From: Yuukianura sp. NJ FZ-2021
Lineage: Eukaryota
DNA: 64,000 bases
Direction: 5' to 3'
NCBI GenBank assembly: GCA_046563655.1
Contig: CM102287.1
Location: 8,122,001 to 8,186,000, forward strand
Numbering within the stretch: the stretch's first letter is position 1; every line of letters starts with the position of its first letter. The notes under the pieces were generated by a model. The model did not search any database. It was not told the origin of the DNA and worked only from the letters and a program-made list of their open reading frames with translations. Shown piece after piece: positions 1-14,416 of the stretch. The translations under genes were made by a program, and so were the position numbers.

Positions 1-3000
1 GCCTAAGCCTGAATAAGCGAAATGGAGTCTCCAACTGTTCCTCATTCCATTTACGTCAGCACTCTTTTCGAGCAGGTCGAGTTCCTAGTAGAAGCCATCC
101 ATCCTCGTTTCCTGGATATTTCGGACATTCGGAGCTTCAGCAAAACGGGAACCGGGTAGTACGCTACTGCCACTCTTTTGGCCCATGCTGTGACTTGGCC
201 TAGGTTCCGAAATCCATATTTTAAATTCTCACACCAACCCACACTAAACCACGGAATCGGAGACTTTGGAACGGCAGGCGGAAGAGGTGAGATATGGCAC
301 CTCACTAGCCCCATCAACCTCAAATTCATTACGGTTCGCTCTGGGTGGCTGTCGATTTTAGAACAGTTTCAATTTTCAACAAAAAAAAGTTCAATTTTCA
401 AAAAAAGTTGAGTTGAAATTGGAATTGCTCCTTCATTTTTTTCATTTCCAGTCCCTAGCATCTAGATTTGTAATAAATAGTGTAGGTTTGATGATTAATG
501 GTGAAAGGAGATGACATGGAATTTTATTTGGGAAGGCCCTGTGTGTCTGCCCCCACTTCAGACAGTCCCTTCCACCATTTACTGTTCAAAAGACGAAAAA
601 AATGGTTTGGAACGATGAATCTTCGAGAACAAAACTTCCAATTTTTCTCATCATAATTTTTTTTCGGTGTTTTTCGTCCTGGGAGACTCTCCTATCTCAC
701 TGAGAAAAAAATATAAAAACCGAAACTGAAATTTAGGGGAGGTAGAAGGCTGTGGTGGTGCAGAAAATGGTTTTGACAATGGATGGTTTCTTATCTGGCT
801 TTCCCTATTTCATCAAGTTTGAACTTGGGGAGAGTTCCCATGGTCCTCATCATCCAATTTTAATTAACTTTTTAAATTAACACTCTCCAAAAAATAAGTT
901 AAGCTCAGATCGATTCAAAATTTTGAATAATTTCAAAACCGGTCACAACGTAACAATAAAATTGAGTCACAAATTTCAAAAACTTCTTTCAGTTTTCTTT
1001 TTTGCAAATAACGTGAGGGCTTTCGTATGAAGTTGGTTTCTTTTCAAAATCGAAAGATTCAAAATGAACGCAAAGATGAATATGTTTTGACTGAAAAGTT
1101 CAAAATGTTTTACGTAGTTGAGAATATTTTGATCTGCGGGAGAAGCTAGGGACGCGGAAGAGGAGGCTTACGGTGGAATGGGAAACGACGTGATATGAAA
1201 GACCAATTTGATCATATTATTTCCTTCATATTTTATATCAAAAACCGAAAAAAATATGGAATCCAATGGAGGAGAACCCGCCTTCGGGGGAGGTTGACTT
1301 TGAGCAGACGGCGAGGGATCGCGTGGCAGGGTGAGCCTAACCGAATTCGGAGCACATCTTTGTCATAAGTTGAGCACAGCCGTCGACAGGGAAAGGATGG
1401 AACATTGTTCACAGATCTTCATTCACCAACCGAAGGAGATTAGATTAGGGAATAATGCACAAGGTATTTCATCTCAGCTCCCTCCCAACATAACATCCAG
1501 AATACTAATCACCAACTACTTTCTCCAATATCTTCATCACAACTTCAATACCTAACATTACCATACTACAAGTTAGGTTATACGAACTTTAACCAACTAC
1601 ATATGTCAGGCTAGCCTAACTTCACAATTTAGGTTTTAACTAGGTTAACCAACTCACACGCTCTTGCCACGCATTGGCTTGATTTGACTTTCACCGACTG
1701 GGTGAGACTAATACAAGGAATAGCGGATATTCTTCTGCTCCTTCCGCATAACGAACAAAAAAACATCAGTTTTCCACTTTTGTTCATCAAGATTGTATCT
1801 TTTGTTTAAAAACGACTTGGAGTTGATGCGAATAATGCTAACGAGGCCGTTAAGATGTTTTGGTATGCAGTAGTAGTTAGACTGCAAGAATAAGGGAGAT
1901 ACTCAAGTAATGATACAATTTGTTGACATGAAGAGAGTGTGCATGCCTAGTACTTTTTGGAAGAAAAGTGAAGCTGAAGGCCAATCTGTCAGAGACTAAA
2001 CAATGGGATCCATTTAAGTTCTTAGTTCTTAGTTTTGTGTAGTGGGGTTACGTAATTTAGCCGAGAAATGTGTCAATTCACCTCAGCTTCCACATTCCTA
2101 CGGTGCACTACATGCCAATGGCAACAACTTCTGGATTGTGGAGTCGTGCCAAAAATGGCACCCTTAACCCGCTACGCCACAGAGTATCGCTTCAAAAAAA
2201 GCCGAACTAAAACTAAAACTGAGCTTAGAACAAACAAGAAATGAATTTTTTATCAATTCTAAAAACTGAACTTCTTCTATTTTGCAAAAACACCGTTAAA
2301 TTTTTCGTATACAAATAGAATGGTATCGAAGAATTATGAAAAGTTCACCGGTGGCAGTACCAAGACGCACATTCGAGAAAAGTCCTTTGTTATCATTAGT
2401 TTTTGGGTTTAGTGAAAGTACAATGACATTTTTTTTGTGTTTTGGCTACCAATTGGATCTAATCTGTGCAATATTTTGTAGAGTATCGTTGCGTTGGATT
2501 TTTAATGAATTTTTGTATCGGATGAATGTTGAAAGACTTATGATGATTGGAGTAGAAGTTGGTAGGAAGGGAAAGGAAGGGAGAAAAGTAATCTTCTGGC
2601 TCCTTCGTACCTATTTATGTTCTGGAGATAGGATACAAGGAACTGCAGAAGATGAGAAGCATGCGACTGAATATCTTTGAACAAGTCAGTTCCTCTCTGT
2701 CCTTAATTTATGGCAGCCCACAGTCACTTTTCTCCACTGAAAAAGTACTGTTTAACTCTCACTTTCTTCCATTAGGATCCGAAAGGAAGTGGAGAAAAAA
2801 TGTAGCACTTTTTCTACAACCACCGTCTCCTTATCTCGTCCAATTCCTAACCAGAAGTTAGCAAGCACTGCTCTCCTTGGGTGTAATTTTAATTACTTTA
2901 CTCAATTTACACCCAGAAAGACCTAGGTTCACCCCTCCACTTAATAAATTAACTCTCAATTTCATTTTTTCTAATTTATGAATCAACTTTCTCCGTAGGA

Positions 3001-6000
3001 GGAACCAATTTATTTAAGGCGAGGGGTGGGATTTGAAGAAAGAACAATAGAAAAACGAACAGGAATTAAAATCCCTCCTCCTGTGAGAAGAGTATCATTA
3101 GACACAGTTTCAGTTTTCTCAAAACACTAATTTTAGCTTTTTAGCCTAACAAACAGTTGAGCTTTTTACATTTACGAACATAATCAGTAACTGGTTACAA
3201 AATAAATTTTGAATTACCAAATAGAATTAAAATTAACAAATGTAGCTCAAATAGAATTATACTTTTTACTTCTTTAATGACACTTTTTACCACCAATTTT
3301 TACTTTTTGCTGTTTTTTTTTTACTCAAAATGAAAATAAAACTCAAAATGCAGATTTTCATCGAATCCACCCCATTCAGTTTTGTTTTCGTGCGACGCTA
3401 TATGATTTATATTAAATTTGCAGTTAAATAATACACACGATGAATTGCGATATTTCAGGGTTTGCAAGTTGCCAAACCATATTTTTCCTTCATTAAATTT
3501 TGGGGAAAAAATAGGTTGGACATACTGTTTGAACAACGAATAAGCAGACTTCTGCGCAGACTCACTCTAACGTTTGAGCACTGTATGAATTTTGTGAAGC
3601 AGAAACCAATTATAAGTGTTGCTTGCAGTTGCACCGTAGCGTAACCATTAAAATTCAAGTTTTCTTTTTAATGTGAAGAAGGCAGTTCATCATTTCACAC
3701 CTTTCCAAATGAAGAAATAAATCTGCAAAGAAGGATTGTTTAGTTGACAATGGAGGAAGGAGGCTGGACTTGATTTACATGCGAATAAGACTTTTTTAAA
3801 CAAGTTTTAGAATTTTTAAAAACTGTTCTAGATAAACCCTGGGCTGAAGAATACTGTGACTTGGAAGTTGTTGAACACAGAGGAAGAGGCAGGCCGAATG
3901 CGCAGTTAATTTAGTTCAGCCCAGTTCCTTTCCTTTGCTTTGTTCAGAAATTTATTACAAATTAGATTCATCCAGGGAGACTTTTTTGAATTTTTTTTAG
4001 AATTTGAAATTTAGAATAAACTCAAAAATGATTCATGGACCAGGGAGTCTTTTCTCATCTTGCTCCCCTTCTTTTTTTTAACTTAGGCTTGGCTTGGCGT
4101 TCTCTCTCTCCAGTTCTGGATTAATTTCATTCGTTTTGATTTTCTTACTGTTGGAATTAATGGAGTCTCTTTAAAAACGGGAGTCTATTATGTTGGGAAG
4201 GTCCCTTCGGAGACTTCCAAGGGCTTGAGAGCCCTTGAGAACAATCAGAGCAAGGGTTTTCCAATTGAGACTTTTCAGACACAATTAGTCACTCCTTTGA
4301 ATTTACAATTGAGAAAAACTGGAGCAGAGGGTTGGTCCTGTCTTGAGCAGGAGTGGTAGGGCATGAGCTGAATTTTGAAGACTCTTCTTTGCTAAATCAA
4401 AATTTTGATTTTTGAATTAGAAAGCATATTTTGGTGGAGAGGTGGGAAGATGAATGAGCTGTGAGGAGAGTCGTTTATGAGGAACGTGGGAAGTGGAGTC
4501 TGGAATAAATACAAACTTTGACTGGCCAAACGGCTCTCGTATGACTTATGAGTCTCCCGAGGCCTTCGAACCCTCTGCCCTTTCCCTCCGCCCTTCCACG
4601 ACCACTGGAGAAAGCATCGACATGGAGAAAGTGTCCACACTTTGGTGTCGGAGCATGCGTAGACATGGTTTTTGAAAAAAAAAGTTGACGAAGTTAGAAT
4701 TCCCAATTTTTCAGAAATGGCGGCCAGAACACAACCGAAAGATCAAAAGAGTTTCCAATTTGGACTTCTGACTGATGTAAGTACAAACTGAGGAGCATTT
4801 TCCTTTAAATGAAAAATTCTGGCTTGAAATCAATTTCTTGTGAATTTTCTGATCTTCTAATGAAGACGGCATAGTTTCAAAAGCATTCCTGAGGAAGATG
4901 AGCTCCACTCCAACTACAGATCTCTCAATCCAATTATTTCTTTTCAAAAATCGTGATTCGTGATGTTACACACGCATGAACAAACCAAAAAGTGGACTCG
5001 TTTCACTCTCGCATTGCCCCATCCAAACATGAAACGTACATCACACAATGTAGATGGACTTTGTAAAATTCAAAATTCAGAATTTGAATTTATTTCAGGA
5101 TAGCAATTCCAGACAAATCCGAAATTTCAAATCTCCCCGAAATAAAGTACAACCGCTTGCAAAATACGCAAACTGGTTTGAAGCGACGGAAAGTTAAATG
5201 TACTCTCAGTATTCTTTAAACATAAAGTCCAATTTTATTTAATACTTGTATACAAAAACGCATTTTGTAAATATAAAGATATAAATATCTAAGAATCGAA
5301 ATTTGATACGATCGAGACGCAGTGTTTACATTTCTCACGCCGAGAGAGCTCGCACCGCAAAGTTATTGATTTGTTGCGAATTTGCAAATTGCTGAGTTGG
5401 CACATCGGGAATGATGTGCGAACTCATCAATTTTGAAGATTGGCAAAGAGATCCGTTTGCAAAAAGAGTTGCGAATCCCATTACGAATTCCAAAAGTGCC
5501 ACTCCATTTTTGTTTTATAAGCAAAACCTAACGTTGTGTTGGGATTTAGGAGTGCGTATTTCCTTGTAATCAGACTCCAGCAGTATCCAACTTTCTAAGA
5601 TGTAATTCAATCTTGTTAATTCAAAAGAGTTTGGCTCCAAGATAGCACTGGCACAGGAGCATGTTCAGAAGAAGACAATGCGATCCTCTTATTTATTCTC
5701 CTCGCATCTTTTTTTATTTATTTTGGACAGGGGAAGAGGGATGAGAGCCATGAATCACCGACTCCGAAGCCACCAACGGCCTCAATCTCCACCAGAAAAC
5801 CCAAAATGGGACTTCCACAGTGGTGGTGGTGGGGCTTTTCGGTGGGACAAGGAAGCCCCTCCAGAATAAATTCCTGCAGCAAAACAACCATAGTTTCTGG
5901 AGAAACCTTCCACAAAAGTTTTCCCGGGGACTTTGGACCAGAAGAGAGATAGAGGAGTAACTCCAAGTGACGCCTCAAGATCTATTTCTTTCATCCAACC

Positions 6001-9000
6001 AAGGAAGGACCAAACTCCAAAGGAAATTCAGGAAAGAAGAACCGATTCCCGATTTCCATGAATCTGGAAGACTCTAGGCTCCGGCAGCCCAACGAAATTT
6101 ATAGGCGGGTAAGCAACTTTCAGGTTCAGGAAGAACAGCTCTTGAGACATGTCGTAGAGCGTGTAGTCGTGAAGTGAATGTAGCCTTTATAGTGCTTTCA
6201 CTTTGAGAATTCCAAAATTCCGAAACATGACAAAATTTCCAAAAAGTTCAACCTTGACTGGACTCGGTGTCATAAACTAATTTTCTGCGCTACAAGCTAC
6301 AAATATGTACTGGATTTTGCTTGTCAGTTGTGAGGACATAACAGGATGTCTAAAAATAAGTTGGTCTCAAATAAAAGTTTTCCCTAAATGAGTTTAAAAT
6401 GGTGGAGGACTCTAAAAGTATGTTTTTGGCACCTTTTGAAAGTAAGGCTACGACACATTAAATTTTGGCTATGTGATTTGGTTGATTCTTTTCAGGAGTT
6501 CGGGTCAAGTCGAAGGCAGAGAGATAAAGCAAAGAAAGTGGATGGGAAAGCTTAGGAAGACGAAAAGGTTTTGTTGGAGATTGATAGCCAAAGTTTAATC
6601 GAACATCGAAATTCATGACTTCCGCTTTTCTTCCATCGAAAGTCTGCCGGAGCTCCAGAGAAGACTTTCTCCCGCTTTTTTTTCACAATAACTTTTTTTT
6701 AGAAATTCTTTTTTTACTTGAGAAAAAGTAAAACAGAAAAGTTTTTATTTATATTTTCACTCAAACTTTCTCCGTCCGCCAACTTTTTACTTTTGACTTT
6801 CTCTGTCTCCTTATTCTTATTTTACAAAACTTAATTTTTTAACCAACTTTTGACTGCTTTCACTTCCTCTGACTTCCAAAATCTCTTCGTTTTTGAAACT
6901 TTTTGGTGCATTTTGAGCGGTTTTGAAAGTTTTTGGTGGTTTTGAGGTTAGTAACTCTGGAAGAGAGAGGTTCTTACTAATTAAAATTCAAGGAAGTAAA
7001 TTGAACTTGCGTTCCGAGTCGGACGGCTCATAATTCTCTGTTCTTCATAAATCAAGTTCTCCTTAAAGAAGGTTCTTTCTTCCTCCTATTCCCAAAATTA
7101 CAATGTGTAAATTCCTCTTTGCAAATAATTTCGAGCGAGCGAGAGAGATCCTTAGATTGGCTTTTCCTTTTCAGACGCTCCGTTTTGCTGGAAGAGAGCC
7201 ACGGTTTCCAGCATCTCCTGCGACGACGACGGACGAAGAAGAATAGAACAGGCGTGGAAGTGATCTTGCGGGAGTTTGTTCCAGAAGAACTTCTTAGGAA
7301 TGAAGATTTCTCATTTTCATTGGAGAACTCCACGAGATGAACTTCTGTAGAGGCCATAAATCTAGAACCTCTGAGCCACAAGATTCATCGATATCCTGGT
7401 ACTACGCTGCTTCAAAGGTTAGGCTGCTCTCAAAGCGGGTATTCAGTTTCAACGTTCTTCCTTTGGAGCTGAATCGCTGATTTTGAATTCTAAAAGGAAA
7501 GTAGCATGTTCGATTTCTCCATCAGGTTTTTTGAAACTCTTTTTTTTAGAAAAGCGTCAGCAAGAATCGATAGTTCATAAATTCAGAAGAAGAAGCGGAT
7601 TGGAGAAAAATGGAGAAAAGCCGTTGAGCCGTTGGAATGACTAGTGGAAATCCAGAGGCCGTCAAGCACGTCCTTCCCCAGCATCTTATTACAAAGTTTA
7701 AGTCACTTCGGATGCTTTCAATCCTTTCAAAAATCCTACTTTCTTTAGTGTATATAACTTTCAAAGTTTCTCACAGGCACTTCCGAGCGAAGGAAACAAC
7801 TTTAAAAAGGATTTGAGTCTCGACTTGACTTGACTTTTTCAAAGAAAACTTCAAAAAAGAAATTTTCAAAAAACGAAAAGGAAAGTTTCCTAATCCTTTT
7901 CACATTCTAAAACATCTTCCTCCTAAGCTCTGATTATTGGCCAAACATTCGCACGTCTTCGGAGGAATCAAAACTTTTAAATTTTTGAATTTGCATGGAG
8001 CAGAATCTCTGAGCTTGGATCAAAATTTGGCAAAATCTTGCCAAAAAAAAATTAAAATGAAGAAAGTTTTTTGAAATTCTGGTTTCTAGGGCCAGTGACA
8101 TAAAAATGGCGGCTTACGGAATGAGTTATGGCGAGGGATGGAACACAGGTGAGAAAGTTCACACCGTTGGACTTCCATTTCTGCATGGAACATGCTGAAA
8201 GTTCACGCAATTCTCCAATGAAATCAATCCCATTTACGATCTTGTTCAAAATTGATTCTGTCAAAAACTTTTGTGTTACTTTTTTTTTGTCTTGATCGAA
8301 TTTGTTGCCATTTTCTAAAAACAGGATTTTCTCTTGCTCTTAAATACATTTTTTGCGTCTCAGTTTTGTTTCGCGAACAACTGTAGTGTGTCAATCAGAT
8401 TTTGGAACTCAAAATTTCGTATTTTTAAAATCAGGTATTGCAGGCCTTGAACCTACATCACTGTCGTCCAGTTAACATTTTCCAAGGATTTGTTTTGAAA
8501 ACCATTTTTTAGAAAAGTGAGAGTCAAGACTTCGTTTTCAAAAAAAAAAACGAGAGGGGCCAATAAAGTGAAGTAAAAGTGTAATAAAACCATAAAAAGA
8601 GTCGTTTTTTAAGTGGAGGTCTACGGTAAGACGGAAGCATTTTCTTGGGTCATTCTTCCTATTGTAATTGTGCTGACCTTTGAGATTTCATTTTTTAGAA
8701 AGTGATCCTGGCCTATTCTTAAAAGAAAATGGTCCAATGAGTCCAGGAAGACAAGAGAATCTAAAATTAGTGCAATTCTATTCCTTTTTACTTTTTTAAG
8801 GGTCCACTCTCACTCCAACTTCAGGTTCCTCAACTTTTATTGGGGCCTATTTAAGGCCCTTTTCCCTAAACTTTGAATTCTAAAAAATAAAAGCGTTTTA
8901 AAATTTCTCAAGGTCCTTATGCAATTCGTCTTCCTCTTCCGTCATTTCTTGTCAGTCTTTCAGAAGCTACACTTCAATGTACATCTTAAGTCAAAGTTCA

Positions 9001-12000
9001 AAATCTAGAAGCTCAGATTCTTGTAGTGGAATTTCCGGAAAAACTTTCCACAGGTCAAAGGTGAAAATGTTTCTTTTTAGAATTTCACAAAGAGTGGAAG
9101 GTTTGTTGAGTGAAAGTTCAAAGTTGAAGTTCTTCGCTATTCGAATTTCGGAGATTTGGAGGGAACCGCAGTACTTACAACTGGATTCTAAAGTAAGCCA
9201 ATCTCTTGAATTCGAAAAAATTCGCATATTCGCTTAAATTTAAAACTGATGTGTGACGAAAAGTTTAGAAACTTAAGAAATTTAAAAATTAAAAAACATC
9301 CTTGAGTTTTTTAACATAATTTTCTCTTTTCGAAACTCTTTTTTCCGAAAACTTTTTCTCATGCTGCCTCCGTTCACTCTATCAGTAGAGCGGATCGATC
9401 TTTCCAAGTCCAAAAATTTCACCTCGTGAGCAGTGTCCCATGACGTCGTCCTTCCACTTACGGCTTGTGCTGAAGGTAGAGTTGTTATTATGTTTGTGTT
9501 AAATCCGTGAATCGTAGGTTTAGAAGACGATAAAGGAAGAAGGAGTGATGCTGAGAATGTGTCCATAAGTGCATTAGATTACTCCGAATTGCATTTTTCT
9601 TACCTTGCGTGAAACAATATTGGATTTTGGGGAAAGTGGGAAGACAGACCAAGGGGTGGAGGGTCGACAGAAAGTGGAATTCGGGAGATGGTTGGTCACG
9701 GAGTAATGCCTTTACGACCGTCGAGGGCCAAATAAAGAAAATGAAGGCAGTTTCTTCCTACTTTCTCCATCACAACTTTCTCCTTCCTCACAAAATTCCT
9801 TTTTCTTAGAACAAGTGGAGAACACTTGTGGAAGTGGATTATGAGGAGGGTGGAATAAGTAATTTCCCTCATGGAATTCAACTAAAAATCAAATTGATCT
9901 CATTCATTTCTTCTTCGAATTAAACCTCCTTTTACAAACAAAAGTACGGAGGAAGAAGAGCAGAACAGAAACATTTACTTTTCAAAAAAAAAAAGTTACT
10001 GTAGTTCAGTTTCCGAAAACTCTTCTTCTTTTTTCAAAAATCCGGCTTCACGTTTCCGAGAAACTTTGGCAGAGATGCATGAGCTCCATTTTTAAAACAG
10101 AGTTGATTAAAAACGGAATCTTTCATTGCGCGTTCTCCCTCACCGCCTTTTGGTAGAGTTCCAATCAAAATAAGCAAAAATTTAGTTGCAGAGTCATAAA
10201 TTTCGGAAGTGTTGAATTTATCAAAATTGTCGCCTCCCACCTCATTCTAAAATTTCACAAAAACAAAACAAAAATTCAAACAAAGCAGCAACATAATTCA
10301 ATTTTAGCAATTAACAACATTCTATGGTAAAAACTTGTATAACGGAAGTATAATAAAATAAATTAATAAATAAATAAGATGAATTAGTATACATAAATTT
10401 TCAATGATGCAAGCAGTTACTTCGAGGGAACTAACATGTAAAGCTATGTTAAGTTAGCTGATCTGCAATGTTATTAACCGGCGTACACTTCTGCAAAAAG
10501 ATTCTTCCGAGATTACTCAAATTTTGAAAATTCAAAAAGGCGAAATTAGATTGAGCAGAGATGTTATTTTGTGTTCCAACGAAACTTGGCAACAACGAGT
10601 GTGTAACTTTAGAGTGCCGTTTTGGGGGAAAGGCCTACAAGGCGTCCCCTAACGTTGTTCGTGTTCACAATTCCCACCGAATAGTTGCTCTCCTCCGGCA
10701 GCACTCGTTCCATAAACCAGTCACAAAAAACCGAATAAAACTAAAGCGGGTATTCTGCCGCTTTCTCTCCGAATCCCAAACAAATACGCACTAAAACTTT
10801 CACCCCTGCTACAAAACTCAGAATCACTGGACAACCCTACTTTTTTAAGCAACTAAACAAACCTAATGCAAAAGTGAATTTTCTAAATTTGAGCATCCTG
10901 TTGGAAAATCGATTCCCTTGAATTTAGAATTCCATATGTACTAGCAAATTTCATGAAATTGGATTTCGAGATTTTGGTAACTGCCAATTGATTCTTGTGT
11001 GTTTATACGATGACTGAAAAACAGAGAAATTTTTTCTTTAAGAGTTCGGTTATAAGCAGATTGCAAGCTTCCATTTTTTGTTTCGTTTCGAGTTGGGAAG
11101 AATAATGAAAGTTTCTACAATTTAGCCATCTTATTCTTTTAGGCGCTTCGAGTTTAAGAAATCTCGTGACCTTAGGAAAAGTTGTAAAAAAAAATTTCAA
11201 ACCGAACTCTTTCTTCGAAAAGTGGAATTGTGTGACATGGGAATCGTAATGTTATTCATCAGTTTATCCATGAAATCAAAATTAGACAGTCAAGTTCACA
11301 GTTCACAAAGTTTATGCTTTAAGTTAATTTTGTTTAGAATCTAAATTAATTCGTAGTAGTATACATCGTATTATTAACAATAAGTATTAGGAGTCCACTA
11401 GGAGGAGAATATGATGGTAGGACAAAATCAATACTGGAGGCGATTGACCTAAGGTCAAAAGGTCAAATTGCTCTACATTCCTTCTAAGTCTAAACAAACT
11501 TTAACTACTCACAAACTTTTTCTAAAACTTTTCTTCTCTACTACTTTTTCTTTCTAAAAATGTTTATACACAAAACTAGAAAGTCTGTCTCCCTGGACAG
11601 GACACAGAAGAGGACTTAAACACTACCAATAAAGTTAGTGTAAACTAACATAACTAGTCATTGTGTGTGGCCTATACAGAATCCTACCAAAAGTCTAGTA
11701 ATACTCGTCAATCCTTCATCAATTCTAAATTGCGAATCAATTCTCTCTGCGGGACTTTTGTAAAAGCTGCTCCAGTTGTTCGTTGTTTTAATTTACAGGG
11801 TTCATCCTTCCTGGTTTTAACTTATGCCTATGCTAACCTAAATTCGCAATTCGCATTTGCTTATGATCTCTGCTTTGGATAAGCTCCAGAAATTGCAAAT
11901 TTTACAAAGATACTCAACAGAAATAATAAATATTGCCACGTTTGAATTCGGAATTGGGTTTTTATGACTTAACAAAAGGACTTGGGTTTTACATTCTAAC

Positions 12001-12434
12001 TTAAAAATCAATACAGCAAAGAAACAAAATTTCGGATAAGTTTACATGCCAGACACAAATAGAACGGATGAGTTCAAATTCAAAAGTAATTTTCACATGC
12101 AGTTCAGTAATATTGGTGATCATGTTGCCCAAATATCAAACATGTTTAAAATTTTGAATCTTTGAACGAAAATTTTCGGTTTTGAATTTTAGAATAGTTG
12201 GCATAACTTGTGATAACGTTGTTCGAATTTGTAAAGCTGGAGACCAAGTTCAACTTTTCGCCTTCTTCCTGCTGGTTTTTGAACAGTTTTTAAATTAATT
12301 GAACACAATTTTTACTAATTAACAAAATAAAATAAAAATTAAAACTTTGATTTAAAAAAATCACACTTAACGTTACTAACATAAGTAAATGTTGACCTTG
12401 TTCAAATTACTCGGAATTTCTGCCAATCCTCTTT

Positions 12435-12973
12435 TCGTATACAAGTTTTTACGTGATTTTTAAAACTTTTTTTTAAATCTAAAGCATAATTACTTTCTCA
12501 ATTAAGATTTTTGCCTTTGCTTTGTGGAGAGATCCTAACTTTAAGGTTTAACTTTTGATTAGCCTTAGTTTGTAAATTGTATACAACAGGAGGAGACCAC
12601 CCTTTGCTTAACCTTCTTAAAATTTTATAAATTCTGGAAGAGTTTACCACGATTACGTTAGGCTAATCACCTAACAAAGTTAAGCTCTTAGCCTAACCTA
12701 ACCGTAGTAAAATTTCTTCTCTAACAGTATACACCTTAGTTAAAAGCTGAGAGTTATTCTAAACTGAATAGTTTGGGCATTTACGTATACGCTGCTTCTT
12801 AACTCTTCTGCTCGCTCAGGAAATGCTTTTCATTTAAAATTTAAAAGTTCTCCAGAGCAGCTTTCTGTCCTTAAGTTAATTGTTAACCTAAACATAGGAA
12901 TTAACTTAAACATAGTAGTTTAAGTTTGACGTACAACTTGGTTTCTTGGTTTCGTATAATTGGTTTCGTATAC
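12435..12973 (-). promoter_or_regulatory. Cluster of miR-iab-4-5p / miR-iab-8-5p seed matches in the presumptive Ubx 3' UTR
   Basis: Plus strand TCGTATAC at 12435 and 12966, TCGTATA at 12952 and TTACGTATAC at 12781, i.e. GTATACGA / GTATACGTAA in Ubx-sense RNA, 1.4-2.0 kb after the stop. Drosophila Ubx 3' UTR is an established iab-4/iab-8 target. Confidence 0.7.
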
Positions 12974-14416
12974 TCAAGTTAAAGTCCTATCCTTCTGGAT
13001 TATTTGGTATCATTCGCAAAGTTATAAATTAAGATTCGGGTTACGAATTGGAGCTGCAGACGGCCGTTGTTGGTTCTCTGTTTCGAATTATTCGTTTTTG
13101 AAATACATTCCAATTTTAGCAAATCTGAAATCAACAAAAACAAACCAAAATTAGAAAATTGGAAAAATTTTGTGCCGAAATTCTAAACAAATTTTTTCCA
13201 TTCCGAAATTAACTTATTGGTTATTTCTAAAATAAGTTTGAATTTAAAAATTAATAGAACAACGACTAAAACCTGCTGTTTCACACCCGAGGAAAGCCGA
13301 AAAGACTTAAAAGGGCCCTTGGTCCTTAAGAGCTTTGTTGTAAGTTTTAGTGAGTCATAAACCTATTTTGAAGGGCTCTTTCGAAGCCTCGACCGTTTAG
13401 AGCGTCATCTCTACAAATGCTTTCCATGCACAAAACATCTTTGAACAATTTTTGAAAAAGATCTGAGATGAGTGGCTCCAACCAAAGTGGAATCGAGCAA
13501 CTAGTGAGGACTAAACCGGGTTTCAGATGGCAGGGGACGAGTTATGGGAGATGCTAAAAGTTAGAATGAAGTAAACGCAGCAGTAACCTAGCCTTGGCTT
13601 AATCTGATCGAGTAGAGACGCTTTCCTGTGCAGAGTAGTTAACAATAATTTTAAGAGGTCATAAACACCGAAATTGCGGTGGTAAAAACAAAAAGTAAGA
13701 AACAAGGGCATAAAAACGTAGCAAACGGCCTATCATCCTCACCACAAAAGTTCACTCAAATTAAACAACTTTTTAAGTAGGAAAGATTTTATGATGAGAG
13801 AACATTGAAACAGGATCTGACAATATAAAAGCCCAGTAGCAACTTATTTGCGTACAGTTTGGTACTCTTGCCAAAGTAAATTGTAAAATTACCGTAAAAC
13901 TCCTCAAGAACTACACGAATGCAGAATCAAGGTACGACGTAAACTGCTTAATGCCTATTAACAACTGGAATGCGAACTTGTAACAACTAAAAATTTTGAA
14001 CTCAATCGCCGAGAAAGTGGAATTTTTTTTCAAACGGCAGGAATACGGGAGCAAATTGTCAGTTTCCAAATATTTCAAAATTTGAACTTTTTCATGTCAA
14101 ATTTTCCTTAAAAAGTGCTCCATTTCTAAATTCTCTTTTCTTTTTCCAGTTAAACGAACGTTGTGCTTAAACATAAATGAAACTTACCGTATTTGAAATT
14201 GAATTTTGTTCTGTTTGTCTGGAGAAAAGTTTTTAGATTTGAACATATTGAGAACGGAGATTGACTTGAATTCTTTGAAGAAGATTTTTTAAAGTTGAAG
14301 AATCTGAGGCTGAACGTTGTTGTTTTTTGTTGTAAAATACTTTGTGCTAAATTTGTTGTTTTCTGAGGGTGGGGCTGGTGGGGCTTGTGGAAATTAGTTT
14401 AGTTTTTGGTGGGTCT

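Noticed and set aside
1110..2312. Distal iab-4/iab-8-like matches (TTACGTA at 1110 and 2048, TCGTATAC at 2305) and an intronic TACGTATAC near 39579
   Set aside because: These are 12 kb from the stop codon or intronic, sparse and partly palindromic, so compatible with chance.
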